From IMG/VR virus record IMGVR_UViG_3300046170_000519, positions 62,001-126,000 of that record: a stretch of 64,000 bases of DNA; one strand, given 5' to 3'. Within the stretch, counting starts at the first letter, position 1. Every line of letters starts with the position of its first letter. The notes beneath the pieces were generated by a model. It was not told where the DNA came from and did no database searches. It saw only the letters and a program-made list of their open reading frames with translations. Below, one piece after another: positions 10,015-19,950 of the stretch. The position numbers and the translations under genes are program-made.

Positions 10015-10403
10015 TATAATCCATTTGTGTCGCCCATAGCCCAGCCTTGAGTAGACGATATAGAACGATCAAGGAATTTACAGCCAATTGTTAAAGGAGA
10101 GAACTTTTTAAATTCATCTAAAACAAGAGTGTGATCAAAAGACTTACAGCTATAAATATCCAACTGAACTAAGTTAGGCTCTGTTTTTTCCCAAGAATGA
10201 AGAGCTATATGGCTTGTAGTAATTAAGCAGAAAGAACTAATGCCTTCGTTACCTTCTTTATCACACATCACAGATCTAGGAGCATAGAGAATTTTCATAT
10301 CAATTAGATCCACTAAACTTCTCATCCAGTCGCTTGTAAATTGAGTATTTTTAAACGGAGTTGATTTAAAGGTAGAACTAACAAGTAAATGCTTATGCTT
10401 CAT
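10014..10403 (-). CDS. speD: pyruvoyl-dependent S-adenosylmethionine decarboxylase family proenzyme
   Basis: true start MKHKHLLV at 10403; GIS...LITTSHIALHSW, QLDIYSCK.F, DR. Confidence 0.85.
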   Translation of the reverse strand: MKHKHLLVSSTFKSTPFKNTQFTSDWMRSLVDLIDMKILYAPRSVMCDKEGNEGISSFCLITTSHIALHSWEKTEPNLVQLDIYSCKSFDHTLVLDEFKKFSPLTIGCKFLDRSISSTQGWAMGDTNGL

Positions 10404-10719
10404 AGAAATAACTTTCAATAGGTGGTAATTTTTTATAGTAAGATATTCGAGCAAAATATTCTTCAGGATCTTTTTCTCTCTCCATGGAGAAGAAGTCAAA
10501 AAGTCTTGACAATAAATGGATTATTTTAGTTTTTTCAGATAATTCTATACCTAAGTTATCTGCAAGGCTATCAATTCGCTCTTTTGGAAAAAAAGATCCA
10601 ATTTCAGCTTCTAAATTTTTACAAGGCAACAAATCAAAAATTGAAAAATTAAAATATAATGTATGGAGCAAAAATCTATACTCAAAATCATATTTCAATG
10701 CAGCTTCTTCAAAATTCAT
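10393..10719 (-). CDS. hypothetical protein
   Basis: 108-aa ORF translationally coupled to its neighbours. Confidence 0.55.
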   Translation of the reverse strand: MNFEEAALKYDFEYRFLLHTLYFNFSIFDLLPCKNLEAEIGSFFPKERIDSLADNLGIELSEKTKIIHLLSRLFDFFSMEREKDPEEYFARISYYKKLPPIESYFYEA

Positions 10720-11642
10720 AAGTAAATTGGTAACTGTTTACTGCTATCAGGAATATAAGCTAGACGATCTTGAATATATTTTTCTGATTTTTTATATAAA
10801 GTTAAATCATTCAAATCAATGAAGTTATAATTAGAATCTACAACTGTTGACTTATCAATATCACTCAACCGTGAATGAGCCCCTTCGAAGTAAGGAGGCA
10901 TAAATTTATTAGAGCCGTAACTCAAAAAAGCACACCACCAGGAAAAGGTGCTATTAGAAGAGATAAAAGTATTAAAAGACCTCAAGAAATTAAAATCATC
11001 TTTTTCTGAGCTTGAAACTATAATGGGATTAAAGTCAGAGAAGAAAGATAGGTAAGAGTTTTTATCTTGTTTCCAAACTTTACCCGAAAAAGTATCTAGA
11101 ACAATATATAAACGATTAAATTTTAAATTATTTAAAATATTAATATACCAAGAAGGATGTATAATATTTGAAGATTCTTTACCACTATGTTGAAAGCCGT
11201 CTAAGCGAACATGCATCGCAACATCTTCCGTATTTAAGGTCATATTTGGAATATCGATAATATGATTAACGAGATCGTCTTTTATGGAATTAAAAATTCT
11301 AGAATTTTGATAATACGCCGTAGGTAAGATAATATCTCTATTCGTATAATCGTCATTAATGTGATGAACTGGCTGACGAGTAACTGAGGGGTCTACGTCT
11401 AGCGATGGGATTTTTAAATCTAGCAACCTATTTTTCTGATAATTTATTTTTAAATTATTTTTAAATGCAAGATAACTTGATAATAAAAGTGGAAAAAGCT
11501 GATTTCCTGACTGACCTCTGAGTTTATATGAAATACTGCCAGAAGCAGTGTCAGTATTATACCCAAAAGGATGAAAGGTATTTTCTGCATTTGAAAATTT
11601 TAACATTGATTCTGCTGAGATGGCTTGATCGATTAGATTCAT
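10716..11642 (-). CDS. GT11 alpha-1,2-fucosyltransferase-like
   Basis: GQSGNQLF, YYQ, MHVRLDG, DF, SNSTFSWWCAFL. Confidence 0.8.
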   Translation of the reverse strand: MNLIDQAISAESMLKFSNAENTFHPFGYNTDTASGSISYKLRGQSGNQLFPLLLSSYLAFKNNLKINYQKNRLLDLKIPSLDVDPSVTRQPVHHINDDYTNRDIILPTAYYQNSRIFNSIKDDLVNHIIDIPNMTLNTEDVAMHVRLDGFQHSGKESSNIIHPSWYINILNNLKFNRLYIVLDTFSGKVWKQDKNSYLSFFSDFNPIIVSSSEKDDFNFLRSFNTFISSNSTFSWWCAFLSYGSNKFMPPYFEGAHSRLSDIDKSTVVDSNYNFIDLNDLTLYKKSEKYIQDRLAYIPDSSKQLPIYL

Positions 11643-11665
11643 TACAATTAATTATTACACAAAAA

Positions 11666-12124
11666 TTAAAACTTAAGCTTCCAGGTTTTAATGTTTTTCG
11701 ACAAATGTTTTAAAGAGATTAAAGAAATTACATCTTTTCGACCTCTTCGGGAATACATTTTATACAAAGCATCTTGAGATTTGTTAACAACAGTTTGTTG
11801 AACATTTCGATAACAATACTCTAAAAGATCTTTTCTGGAAACAATTATGAAGCAATCCGTACTTTCAAAAGCAATATAATCCGCACAGCACTGAAGCCAA
11901 CCCTTTTCGCCTAAAACATTCGTGAATTCGACCCATGTCAAATCATAAGAAAAAGACTTGTCAGATCTTGAAACTCTTTTTAAACCTTTAACATCAACCA
12001 AACTATCATTAACTTTGAAGTCCCAATGCTCAGAAATGTCTTGCGATTTTTTAGATTTTTCTATATTTAAGCCTCGATTAAGACATAAATTGCGGAATTT
12101 TTCTTCTGTTTCGTTTTGACGCAT
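11666..12124 (-). CDS. PD-(D/E)XK family nuclease (phage type)
   Basis: E..F, D..EHWDF, VDVKG, WVEF.N..G.KGWL...ADYIAFE. Confidence 0.65.
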   Translation of the reverse strand: MRQNETEEKFRNLCLNRGLNIEKSKKSQDISEHWDFKVNDSLVDVKGLKRVSRSDKSFSYDLTWVEFTNVLGEKGWLQCCADYIAFESTDCFIIVSRKDLLEYCYRNVQQTVVNKSQDALYKMYSRRGRKDVISLISLKHLSKNIKTWKLKF

Positions 12125-12127
12125 TTA

Positions 12128-12295
12128 TTACTTCATAGTATATTTTATTATAGTAATTTGTTTTTCAACATCTTCAATCTCAAGTAATATTTTCTTTTTA
12201 TAAATTTTACCTTTATTGATGTATTGGAGTAATCTAGTAGTTAATTCCGATAATTCTTCAACACATTTTAAAAGATTTTGTTTTTTACTTTTCAT
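12128..12295 (-). CDS. mini MazG-like NTP pyrophosphohydrolase-fold protein (55 aa)
   Basis: MKSKKQNLLKCVEELSEL...LLEIEDV fits EExxE...ExxD; re-started at the ATG at 12295. Confidence 0.55.
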   Translation of the reverse strand: MKSKKQNLLKCVEELSELTTRLLQYINKGKIYKKKILLEIEDVEKQITIIKYTMK

Positions 12296-13346
12296 TTTTT
12301 GGCAAAGACTGCAGTAATGATAGGCACATTTGAGGCAAGAAAATTTCGCCAATAACTTTTCGAATAAAAGAAGGTTTATAGTCATATGAAAATGAATTGC
12401 CGTTTTCAAAATGAGCAAATTTATCAAGATAATTTTCTGGTAATCCACATACGCATAGCAATTCTCGAATTGAAAGAACTCTAGGGTCAGAGGGGTGAAC
12501 ATTGTTCTGGCTTGAAATCGAACCATTGGTCATAGTAACTGTCGAAGCTGGCTTATCCCAATACATTCTTTTATAAGTTGTCATAAAGCCTTTTATTTTT
12601 CTACCATCTTTTTTGGGGTATTCAACTTTATTATTAAAAGCTGTTTGACCTTCAGGAGTTGCAGACATCCAGCGAACATGATTTGAGTTATGGTTTGGAG
12701 AAAAATGCCAAGGAAGATCTGATGCTTCACCATTACCCAGAGAAGGTAAGTGTCCAATTGCATCTCTGAGAGTCACACTTTTCTTAGAAAATTCTGGAGC
12801 TTTCCATTCTCCTGATTTTGATATCAAACAAATAGAGCGTTTTCGAGACTGAGGAATGCCAAAATTTTTTGAATCAAGAGTATAAAAAATTGCTTCCATT
12901 TCTTTTGGTATGGCTGATTTTATATAATCGGAAATTTTCACTACACAATTATTTCTATTGATATAGGTTTTTGGCATTTGTGGAACATTTTCAATTAACA
13001 TATATTTAGCATTAATTGAATTAAAAATTTCTAAAGCGTATACAATAAGAAGATTTCGTGAATCATTGGGGGTTTTAAGGGCGTTTGCCGCACTCATTCC
13101 TTGGCAAGGAGGGGTAGCAATAACCAAGTCGATTTTTTCTGAATGGTTTAGACATTGATTAACTAAATTAGATCGAATTTTATAATCGGCAATGTCTCCA
13201 CAAATACAAGAAGATTGTGGGTGAAGTTTTTTATATAAATCACAACGATTTTCTTCAATTTCATTAGAAAATAAAACTTTAAATTCAGATTTATTTAACA
13301 AGGCTTCACCAAAGCCAACATTAGAAAAAAGAGATAAAATATTCAA
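12285..13346 (-). CDS. DNA (cytosine-5)-methyltransferase
   Basis: motif I variant LSLFSNVG, PPCQG, ENV, PQSRKR, R.LSIRE; TTG start at 13346 probable (frame is open to 13376). Confidence 0.9.
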   Translation of the reverse strand: MNILSLFSNVGFGEALLNKSEFKVLFSNEIEENRCDLYKKLHPQSSCICGDIADYKIRSNLVNQCLNHSEKIDLVIATPPCQGMSAANALKTPNDSRNLLIVYALEIFNSINAKYMLIENVPQMPKTYINRNNCVVKISDYIKSAIPKEMEAIFYTLDSKNFGIPQSRKRSICLISKSGEWKAPEFSKKSVTLRDAIGHLPSLGNGEASDLPWHFSPNHNSNHVRWMSATPEGQTAFNNKVEYPKKDGRKIKGFMTTYKRMYWDKPASTVTMTNGSISSQNNVHPSDPRVLSIRELLCVCGLPENYLDKFAHFENGNSFSYDYKPSFIRKVIGEIFLPQMCLSLLQSLPKNEK

Positions 13347-13379
13347 ACTCCACAAGTCTAACAAAAAAATAACCAAAAG

Positions 13380-13748
13380 TCAATCAAAAAGCAAATTTTC
13401 TCTGGTCAACATCATTTCGGATATTAAACTTTCTGTTACATTTTCTAGGAAATTTAAACTTTTGGAATCCACTTCAAATTCAAGTGGTATTTCTTCTGAT
13501 TGATGAAAATCAAGCAAATCATGTATGCATAAAATTTGCTTTCGATACAAATTAATTAAAGAATCTACAGTTTTTAAGCATTCCCGCTTTTGTTTTTTTA
13601 TAGTTTCTGATTGTAAGTTTTTAGTTTTACTCATGCTGGAAGCTAGGAGTTCTATTTCTTTTAAATGCTTTTCTTCTTGCTTTGATATTTCAGAGCTGTA
13701 GAAATGAAATGTTTCCCAAAGTAAGCTGATTTTGGAGTATTTTTTCAT
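13380..13748 (-). CDS. hypothetical helical protein
   Basis: probable start MKKYSK at 13748, preceded by a GTGTAA motif. Confidence 0.55.
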   Translation of the reverse strand: MKKYSKISLLWETFHFYSSEISKQEEKHLKEIELLASSMSKTKNLQSETIKKQKRECLKTVDSLINLYRKQILCIHDLLDFHQSEEIPLEFEVDSKSLNFLENVTESLISEMMLTRENLLFD

Positions 13749-13810
13749 TGAGATGACTATGATTACACAAAAAATTGATAAAATTAAATTCAAACTTAAT
13801 ATATAAGTAT

Positions 13811-14533
13811 ATGAAAACTGTAACAGCAATTATCCCTACATACAATAGATTTAAATACTTGCTCAACACTATAAAATCAATAAAAACTCAAACTTATTCA
13901 AATATTGAAATTATAGTTATCAACGATAGCTCAACACAAAAAGAATACTACCAATATGATTGGCACTCAAGCGGAGTAACGATAATACACTTGGGAGAAA
14001 ACAGTAGGAAAAAATTTGGCTATCCTTGCGGAGGTTTCGTTAGAAATCAAGGTAGTAAAATAGCCTCAGGAGAGTATATAGCTTTTTGTGATGATGATGA
14101 TATTTGGCTGCCCGAAAAAATAGAACTTCAGTTAAATGCAATGATTAAAGACAATACAAAAATGTCTTCCTCAGATGGATTAATTGGGTCAGGAGTTTTT
14201 GATGTTAGCAAAGATTATAAGTTATACAATGAAGAAAATTATAAAAGCACCCTGCAGAACATATACAAAAAAAGAGGTAGCGATAAATTAAACAATGGTT
14301 TTCCTGAAATTTGGGACTACGATTTTTTGAAGACTCATAACTGTATGATAACCAGCTCCGTCATTATAGAAAAAAAAGTTCTAGAGTCTATAAATTATAT
14401 GAATAACCTTAGGAACGGAAGGGAAGATTATGACTGCTGGTTAAGATGTTTAAAAGAAATTAATAAGAGTTCATACATTAAGACTCCTTGCTTTTATTAT
14501 GATAGGGGCCATGGAGATGGTAGAGAGTATTAA
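13811..14533 (+). CDS. GT2 glycosyltransferase
   Basis: IIPTYNR, QTYSNIEIIVINDSS, RN.G, IAFCDDDD, EDYDCW. Confidence 0.88.
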   Translation: MKTVTAIIPTYNRFKYLLNTIKSIKTQTYSNIEIIVINDSSTQKEYYQYDWHSSGVTIIHLGENSRKKFGYPCGGFVRNQGSKIASGEYIAFCDDDDIWLPEKIELQLNAMIKDNTKMSSSDGLIGSGVFDVSKDYKLYNEENYKSTLQNIYKKRGSDKLNNGFPEIWDYDFLKTHNCMITSSVIIEKKVLESINYMNNLRNGREDYDCWLRCLKEINKSSYIKTPCFYYDRGHGDGREY

Positions 14534-16323
14534 TTAATCTTTTTGCGAAATTTATTGTATAATTTATAATCAAATTCAGTTGTAATATGAAATAAATTTA
14601 ATGTATCTTGATTAATATCTTCTTTCTTGAAATTAGATTTATTTTTATTTTCATTAATTTGAACCATTTCATTAAACCATTCAGATGGAATATCATTCCA
14701 TTCTAAATTATATAATTTTTTATATATTTTAGAGACTTGCTTAAATAAATTAAGTGTTTGACCAGAGCCAGATTCTATAGTCATGAATTTAAAACTTTTA
14801 ATCACCTGTTTGAAAATATTAAAAATGTTATCATTGATTTCAAAAAATTGAGGTAAGTCTAAGATATTCCTGAGGAACCAACTATCCTCTTGTTGAATAC
14901 CAGATATAAAATCGGAAAAAGCCTGCTTCGCATTATCTGAGGAGACATCTCCTTGATACTCAAAAACAGACAAAGCTTTTTCAAAAGGATCTCTCAGTAC
15001 AGTAAAAGGCATAAAGTAATAAAAATCAGAATCAAAGAAACTAGAAAGAGATTCAGTCATCCGAGTGCCGCCAGGATAAACAAAAATACTGAAAGTAGAA
15101 ATCCTGTCCAGAAAATCAGAGCTAACATTCTTAAAATCTATTTCATAATGAGAAGGAGACTCATATACGATGAGGTCGTCACTCAAGAAATCTTTCAAAT
15201 CTTTTTCTCTACAATAACAAAATAACGAATATATGTAACCACCGTCTTTAATGACACTAATTCTGGTTGTTTTAAAAATGTCGCAAGGCATTTGGGTTTC
15301 ATGATAATACCGATAGAAACAGGACATTAAGCCGAGCATTGCAGTGCCTGCGTGCTTAGGTATGTGGAAGAAAAGAGGTATTCCTAGTTTTTGATCAGAA
15401 GGCTGAAAATAATTTTTTGCAAAATTTAGAATAGGACCAAAAGATGTTTGTTTGTTTTGTGAGCCCGTCAATTCAAAAGAAAAGTTATTGGTTGAGGTTT
15501 TATGATGTAAAATTAATGTATCAGGATAATACTTCAAAAAAGTTGCTTTTGAGACGGAACCATCTTGCTCGTCGGAGGCATTTGTAATATATTTTATGTT
15601 TAAAAATTGATTGCTTTTATTAAAGAAGCCTGGAGGCGATTTTTCTCTTCTCCACTCATCTATTGCAACATCAAAATTTATAGCAGGATTTCCAAGAGCA
15701 ACAACAGAAGCCATATGGTCTTCACTAGATTTTAGAATTTTTAAAAGATCTGGAGTATTTTTGTAAATAGCTATACCATTTAAATGATCTTTGTATTCCA
15801 AAAGTCTATGCCATTTTTGAGTGCCTTTGTATTTAGAGCCAGCTATAGAAAAGTCAGTATTAATAGCAAAAGTAGAAAGCTTATCAAACCAGTATTCTTG
15901 AACGATTTGAACATCAGCCTCTAAAAGTAGAAAATTTTTATGTTTAGGGAAGTTTTTTATTAAATAGTATAAACTCTCAAAGAAAGACAATGCTGGACCT
16001 GAAGAGAAACCTAAGCGAGGCGTTATTTTTGGTTCGTTATTTTTCCCTTGCCATGGTTGGTAATACAAATTGTCATTTTCTGGTATATTTAAGACATGAA
16101 TTTGAAGATTATTTATAAATTTACTATGAGAATATTTTGAAAGTCTTTTATAGTTATCTGAGCTATGTTGATCAAAAAACAAAAATAAGTCAAAGCTATA
16201 TTGTGAAGAAGGAGTTGTACTTATTAATTTGTCTAAAGATTTTTCAAGACTTTTATTTTCATACTCTTTTAAAGTAGTTGGAAAAAAAATACATAAATCT
16301 TGAGAGTAAATAACATTGTTCAT
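14530..16323 (-). CDS. fusion of GT-A-like domain and sulfotransferase domain
   Basis: N-half LLLEADV, HLNGIAIY, FDV; C-half PAPS-binding FFHIPKHAGT and LRDPFEKALS. Confidence 0.6.
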   Translation of the reverse strand: MNNVIYSQDLCIFFPTTLKEYENKSLEKSLDKLISTTPSSQYSFDLFLFFDQHSSDNYKRLSKYSHSKFINNLQIHVLNIPENDNLYYQPWQGKNNEPKITPRLGFSSGPALSFFESLYYLIKNFPKHKNFLLLEADVQIVQEYWFDKLSTFAINTDFSIAGSKYKGTQKWHRLLEYKDHLNGIAIYKNTPDLLKILKSSEDHMASVVALGNPAINFDVAIDEWRREKSPPGFFNKSNQFLNIKYITNASDEQDGSVSKATFLKYYPDTLILHHKTSTNNFSFELTGSQNKQTSFGPILNFAKNYFQPSDQKLGIPLFFHIPKHAGTAMLGLMSCFYRYYHETQMPCDIFKTTRISVIKDGGYIYSLFCYCREKDLKDFLSDDLIVYESPSHYEIDFKNVSSDFLDRISTFSIFVYPGGTRMTESLSSFFDSDFYYFMPFTVLRDPFEKALSVFEYQGDVSSDNAKQAFSDFISGIQQEDSWFLRNILDLPQFFEINDNIFNIFKQVIKSFKFMTIESGSGQTLNLFKQVSKIYKKLYNLEWNDIPSEWFNEMVQINENKNKSNFKKEDINQDTLNLFHITTEFDYKLYNKFRKKIN

Positions 16324-16390
16324 AATTTTATATTACACAGAACTAAGCTTTTTTATAATTTAAATTTCAAAAAAACGTGTAAGTAAAAAT

Positions 16391-17125
16391 GTGAAAATAT
16401 ATACTTATTTTGAAGATATAAATCATTCTGGACAAGAAAAATTGTTAGAACTTTGGAAAGAGAGTTGGCAAAGGCAGGGGTTCGAAGCTATAGTTCTAGG
16501 AGAAAAAGACGCGAAAAAAACGGAAGAATATCATCAGTTTTTAAAGCAAATGAAGTTTATATTCCAAAAAACCACAGGGAAAAAGTTGTCTAATTATGGA
16601 CTTAGTTGTTTTACAAGATGGTTAGCTTACAGTACGGTTCAAGATAAGGAAGAGAGGTTTTTTGTTTCAGATTATGATATAATCAACAGTGGAAGATGGA
16701 GGGTTGATCAACCAATTTCAAAAAAACTTCATTTTTTAGATGCTGATTGTCCTTGTATGGCATCTGGCACAGCAGAGCAATTCAAAAAAATTTCAGAAGC
16801 TTTTTTTGAAGTTACAATGAATAGGATTGAGCACTTAATTAAAATTGTTGATCATTATCATGACCAAGAGTTTTTTAAATTTAATTTTATGGAACATTTC
16901 AATTCAGAAGCTAAGCAACTTTGGAAAAAATATGATGCAAAATTTTCAAGAAATCCAAAAAGAGATGTGGATTTACTAAGACCAAAGGAATTTCAAACAT
17001 GCAGGGCTTTTCATATATCTCACTATTGTGTAGCAACAATTATAGAGCAAGAGCCAGAAAAATATAAAAATAAAAAATTAGACGAAGCAAGAGTTGAAAT
17101 AATTGAAAATAAATTTTTAAAATGA
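16391..17125 (+). CDS. putative GT-A fold glycan-modifying protein
   Basis: LW.ESW...G, CF.RWLA, SDYD, DQ; GTG start; in the glyco island. Confidence 0.45.
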   Translation: MKIYTYFEDINHSGQEKLLELWKESWQRQGFEAIVLGEKDAKKTEEYHQFLKQMKFIFQKTTGKKLSNYGLSCFTRWLAYSTVQDKEERFFVSDYDIINSGRWRVDQPISKKLHFLDADCPCMASGTAEQFKKISEAFFEVTMNRIEHLIKIVDHYHDQEFFKFNFMEHFNSEAKQLWKKYDAKFSRNPKRDVDLLRPKEFQTCRAFHISHYCVATIIEQEPEKYKNKKLDEARVEIIENKFLK

Positions 17126-17787
17126 ATTTTTCAAAAAAACAAATAGAACTTAAAAAAAATATTGAGTTGGGGAAGATAAAAATTAAAGTTAAACCTCTTT
17201 TCATTCATATCCCTAAAGCTGCAGGTTCATGGTTCCATAAAATCGTAGAGGTTATAAATGACGATGTACCTGAAGGTTATAATTTTCATAAAGAAGTTTC
17301 TTTTTATGACAAGTTTTACAGGAAAGAATGTTTTGTATTTTCTATGGTTAGGAATCCATATGATAGATTGGTCAGCGCTCATCAATATTTAACATCGGGC
17401 ATAACTCATAAACATGAAATTCACTTAAACGAAGGTGATGCTGAAATTGGAGCAACTTTATCGAAAGATTTTAAGCGATTCGTTAAAAAGGATTTAGATA
17501 AAATGATGGAGGTATTACACTTTAGGCCGATGGTTGAGTGGCTAGATCGAAAAATAGATTTTATAGGAAAAGTAGAGACATATGATACTGATTTCGATTT
17601 TATAAGCAAAAAAATAGGCTTGCCAAAAAAAGCCTCACAAAAAGTCAATAGAAGAAGTAAGAGACTCGAAAGGGGAGAGAAATTTAAACACTATACCGAA
17701 TACTACGATGATGAAACTCGTCAAATTGTCGCGCAACGATTTGCAAAAGACATTGAGTATTTTGGATATGAATTTGGCGAACACTAA
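17122..17787 (+). CDS. sulfotransferase (Sulfotransfer_2 family)
   Basis: FIHIPKAAG, VRNPYDRLVS, HF.P, DFIGKVE, DIEYFGY. Confidence 0.88.
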   Translation: MNFSKKQIELKKNIELGKIKIKVKPLFIHIPKAAGSWFHKIVEVINDDVPEGYNFHKEVSFYDKFYRKECFVFSMVRNPYDRLVSAHQYLTSGITHKHEIHLNEGDAEIGATLSKDFKRFVKKDLDKMMEVLHFRPMVEWLDRKIDFIGKVETYDTDFDFISKKIGLPKKASQKVNRRSKRLERGEKFKHYTEYYDDETRQIVAQRFAKDIEYFGYEFGEH

Positions 17788-18611
17788 TGAAATACATAAC
17801 GCTTAGAAACCCTAAGCATGGCCGTAGCGGTCACTGCTTGAAAGATTTTTTTACTTGTTATATGTTTTCTTTTTTAATAAAAGATTTAACAGTCCTACCC
17901 ATACAGCAATGGAACTCCAAACAACAGATTTTAAAGTTTCCAATCAATAAAAACTTAGAAGATTACAAATTTAGCCAATCAATTGATATTAAAGAGATGC
18001 ATTACCCAGGGATGTCGTTTCAAACTTTCTGTAAAATCAAAAATAAAATTTCAGATTTGCCCAATAATTCTTTAATTACATTGTGGAATCATACCAGAAT
18101 CCACCCTTATCAATTAACAGAGTGGTTTCAATCTAAATTAATTAATGAGGATGTTTTTATTACAAAATTCATTCCAACCTTGAGAGATCTTTATTTTAAA
18201 GATAACAATTCTGAGGTTTTAAAGTGCCTTTCCATTCATGTTAGAAGGGGTGACGTTGCTAATCCTAGCAGCCGATGCTTCACTGAGCACGCGGAAATGA
18301 GATGGCCTACTGAATATTTTGAAAAATATATAATTTCATTTCAAAAAAAAATGCCAAATTTACCAATCAATATTTTTACTGAAAAAAATTATAGTGATGA
18401 TTTAGAAATATTTAAAAAATACGACAACTTAACAATACATCGTGGAGACGTCCAATCCCTTCAAGATGATATAAATAAAATGGTAAACAGCAAATACTTC
18501 ATGCCCTGCAATTCTTCCCTATCTACATGGATTAGTTATATATCCAAAAGCTCAATAATAATACCTAAAGATCAACCTATTAAAGATTTTCACTCAGAAC
18601 ATATTTGGTAG
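17787..18611 (+). CDS. GT11/GT23-like fucosyltransferase
   Basis: IHVRRGD GDP-fucose motif, IFTE, D...MV, SSLS. Confidence 0.65.
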   Translation: MKYITLRNPKHGRSGHCLKDFFTCYMFSFLIKDLTVLPIQQWNSKQQILKFPINKNLEDYKFSQSIDIKEMHYPGMSFQTFCKIKNKISDLPNNSLITLWNHTRIHPYQLTEWFQSKLINEDVFITKFIPTLRDLYFKDNNSEVLKCLSIHVRRGDVANPSSRCFTEHAEMRWPTEYFEKYIISFQKKMPNLPINIFTEKNYSDDLEIFKKYDNLTIHRGDVQSLQDDINKMVNSKYFMPCNSSLSTWISYISKSSIIIPKDQPIKDFHSEHIW

Positions 18612-18677
18612 CTTTTAAGTGTATTTATATAAAATACCAATCCATAAACAATAAATTTTAAAAATGATAATAAATCC

Positions 18678-19268
18678 ATGATATGTTTAAAAAATAAATT
18701 TATTTTTATTCACATCCCTAAGTGTTGCGGATCCAGTATTGAAAAAACTTTAGCGGATGACAGTTGCATTTTTAAGAGTGGGACTTGGCCTCATAATTTA
18801 AAGTTAAAATACCCATTAAATCATTGCACTTTAGACGACATTGAAGAATCCAAAGTTCTTCATCCGAATTTTGATAAATTCTACTCCTTTACTTTTGTAA
18901 GAAATCCTTTTGACCGTTTAGTGTCTGAATATTTTTACTTGAAAAACAGATTAAAATTGAGCGATGACATTAAAAAAGAATTAATATATTTGGCGGAAAG
19001 AAGTTTAAATGGAGTAATGGGCAATCATTGTGTGAGTCAATATAAATTTATTAATAATAAAATTAATTTTATAGGTAAATTTGAAAACCTCCAGCAAGAC
19101 TTCAACATTGTGTGCGACGAAATTGGAATTCCCCAACAACAACTTCTACATATAAACAAAACAAAACACAAACACTACACCGAATACTACAATGATATGA
19201 CTCGTGAGATTGTCGCAAAACGATACGCACGAGACATCGAGTATTTCGGCTATAAATTTGGAGAATAA
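18678..19268 (+). CDS. sulfotransferase (Sulfotransfer_2 family)
   Basis: FIFIHIPKCCGSSIE, VRNPFDRLVSEY, FIGKFENL, DIEYFGY. Confidence 0.9.
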   Translation: MICLKNKFIFIHIPKCCGSSIEKTLADDSCIFKSGTWPHNLKLKYPLNHCTLDDIEESKVLHPNFDKFYSFTFVRNPFDRLVSEYFYLKNRLKLSDDIKKELIYLAERSLNGVMGNHCVSQYKFINNKINFIGKFENLQQDFNIVCDEIGIPQQQLLHINKTKHKHYTEYYNDMTREIVAKRYARDIEYFGYKFGE

Positions 19269-19279
19269 ATAATTACAAG

Positions 19280-19888
19280 ATGAATGAGAATTTTACGTTT
19301 ATACATATAGGGAAGTGTGGAGGATCTACGATTCGCTCCTTGCTAAAAAAATATAATTTTAATTTTAATGTAATTCATGTTTATGAGAGAGAAGAATATA
19401 AATCTTGCAAAAAATATCTCATTGCATTAAGAAACCCAGTAGAAAGATTTGTGTCCGCTTTTTATTGGAGAAAGTATCTCGCGTCAACTAGCCAAAAAAA
19501 TAGTTTTCGTGGAGAATATGAATTTTTTCAAAAATACCCAACGATAGAAAGCCTAATTCAGGACGATATTACAATACTTAAAAAACAATATGTTCATCAT
19601 TTAAAAGAAGATATACATTATTATCTTGGAGATTTCTTCAATCAATGCAACCCTAGCAATATAATTGGTATTGTTTGCACGAAAAATTTAAACAAAGATA
19701 TTGAAAATATTTTTGATATTAAAGTCGAAGGATTACATGAAAAAAATAATAGCAAAAGAAAAAAAGAACTTAAAGAAGAATATCGTGAATTTTTAAAAAA
19801 ATATCTACACAAAGATTATTTGATAATAGAAAAATTAAACAACTTAAAACTACTTTCGATGGAACAATATGAAATACTTTCAAAATAA
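19280..19888 (+). CDS. sulfotransferase-like protein
   Basis: FIHIGKCGGSTI, LRNPVERFVSAF. Confidence 0.78.
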   Translation: MNENFTFIHIGKCGGSTIRSLLKKYNFNFNVIHVYEREEYKSCKKYLIALRNPVERFVSAFYWRKYLASTSQKNSFRGEYEFFQKYPTIESLIQDDITILKKQYVHHLKEDIHYYLGDFFNQCNPSNIIGIVCTKNLNKDIENIFDIKVEGLHEKNNSKRKKELKEEYREFLKKYLHKDYLIIEKLNNLKLLSMEQYEILSK

Positions 19889-19943
19889 AACAAGACACAA
19901 ACACTACGCCGAATACTACGATGATAAATGCGGCGATAAATAA
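19884..19943 (+). pseudogene. orphan 3' remnant of a sulfotransferase gene (NKTRHKHYAEYYDDKCGDK*)
   Basis: DNA and peptide match the tails of the genes ending at 17787 and 19268 (NKTKHKHYTEYYND); out of frame with the upstream gene. Confidence 0.7.
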
Positions 19944-19950
19944 AGATGAT

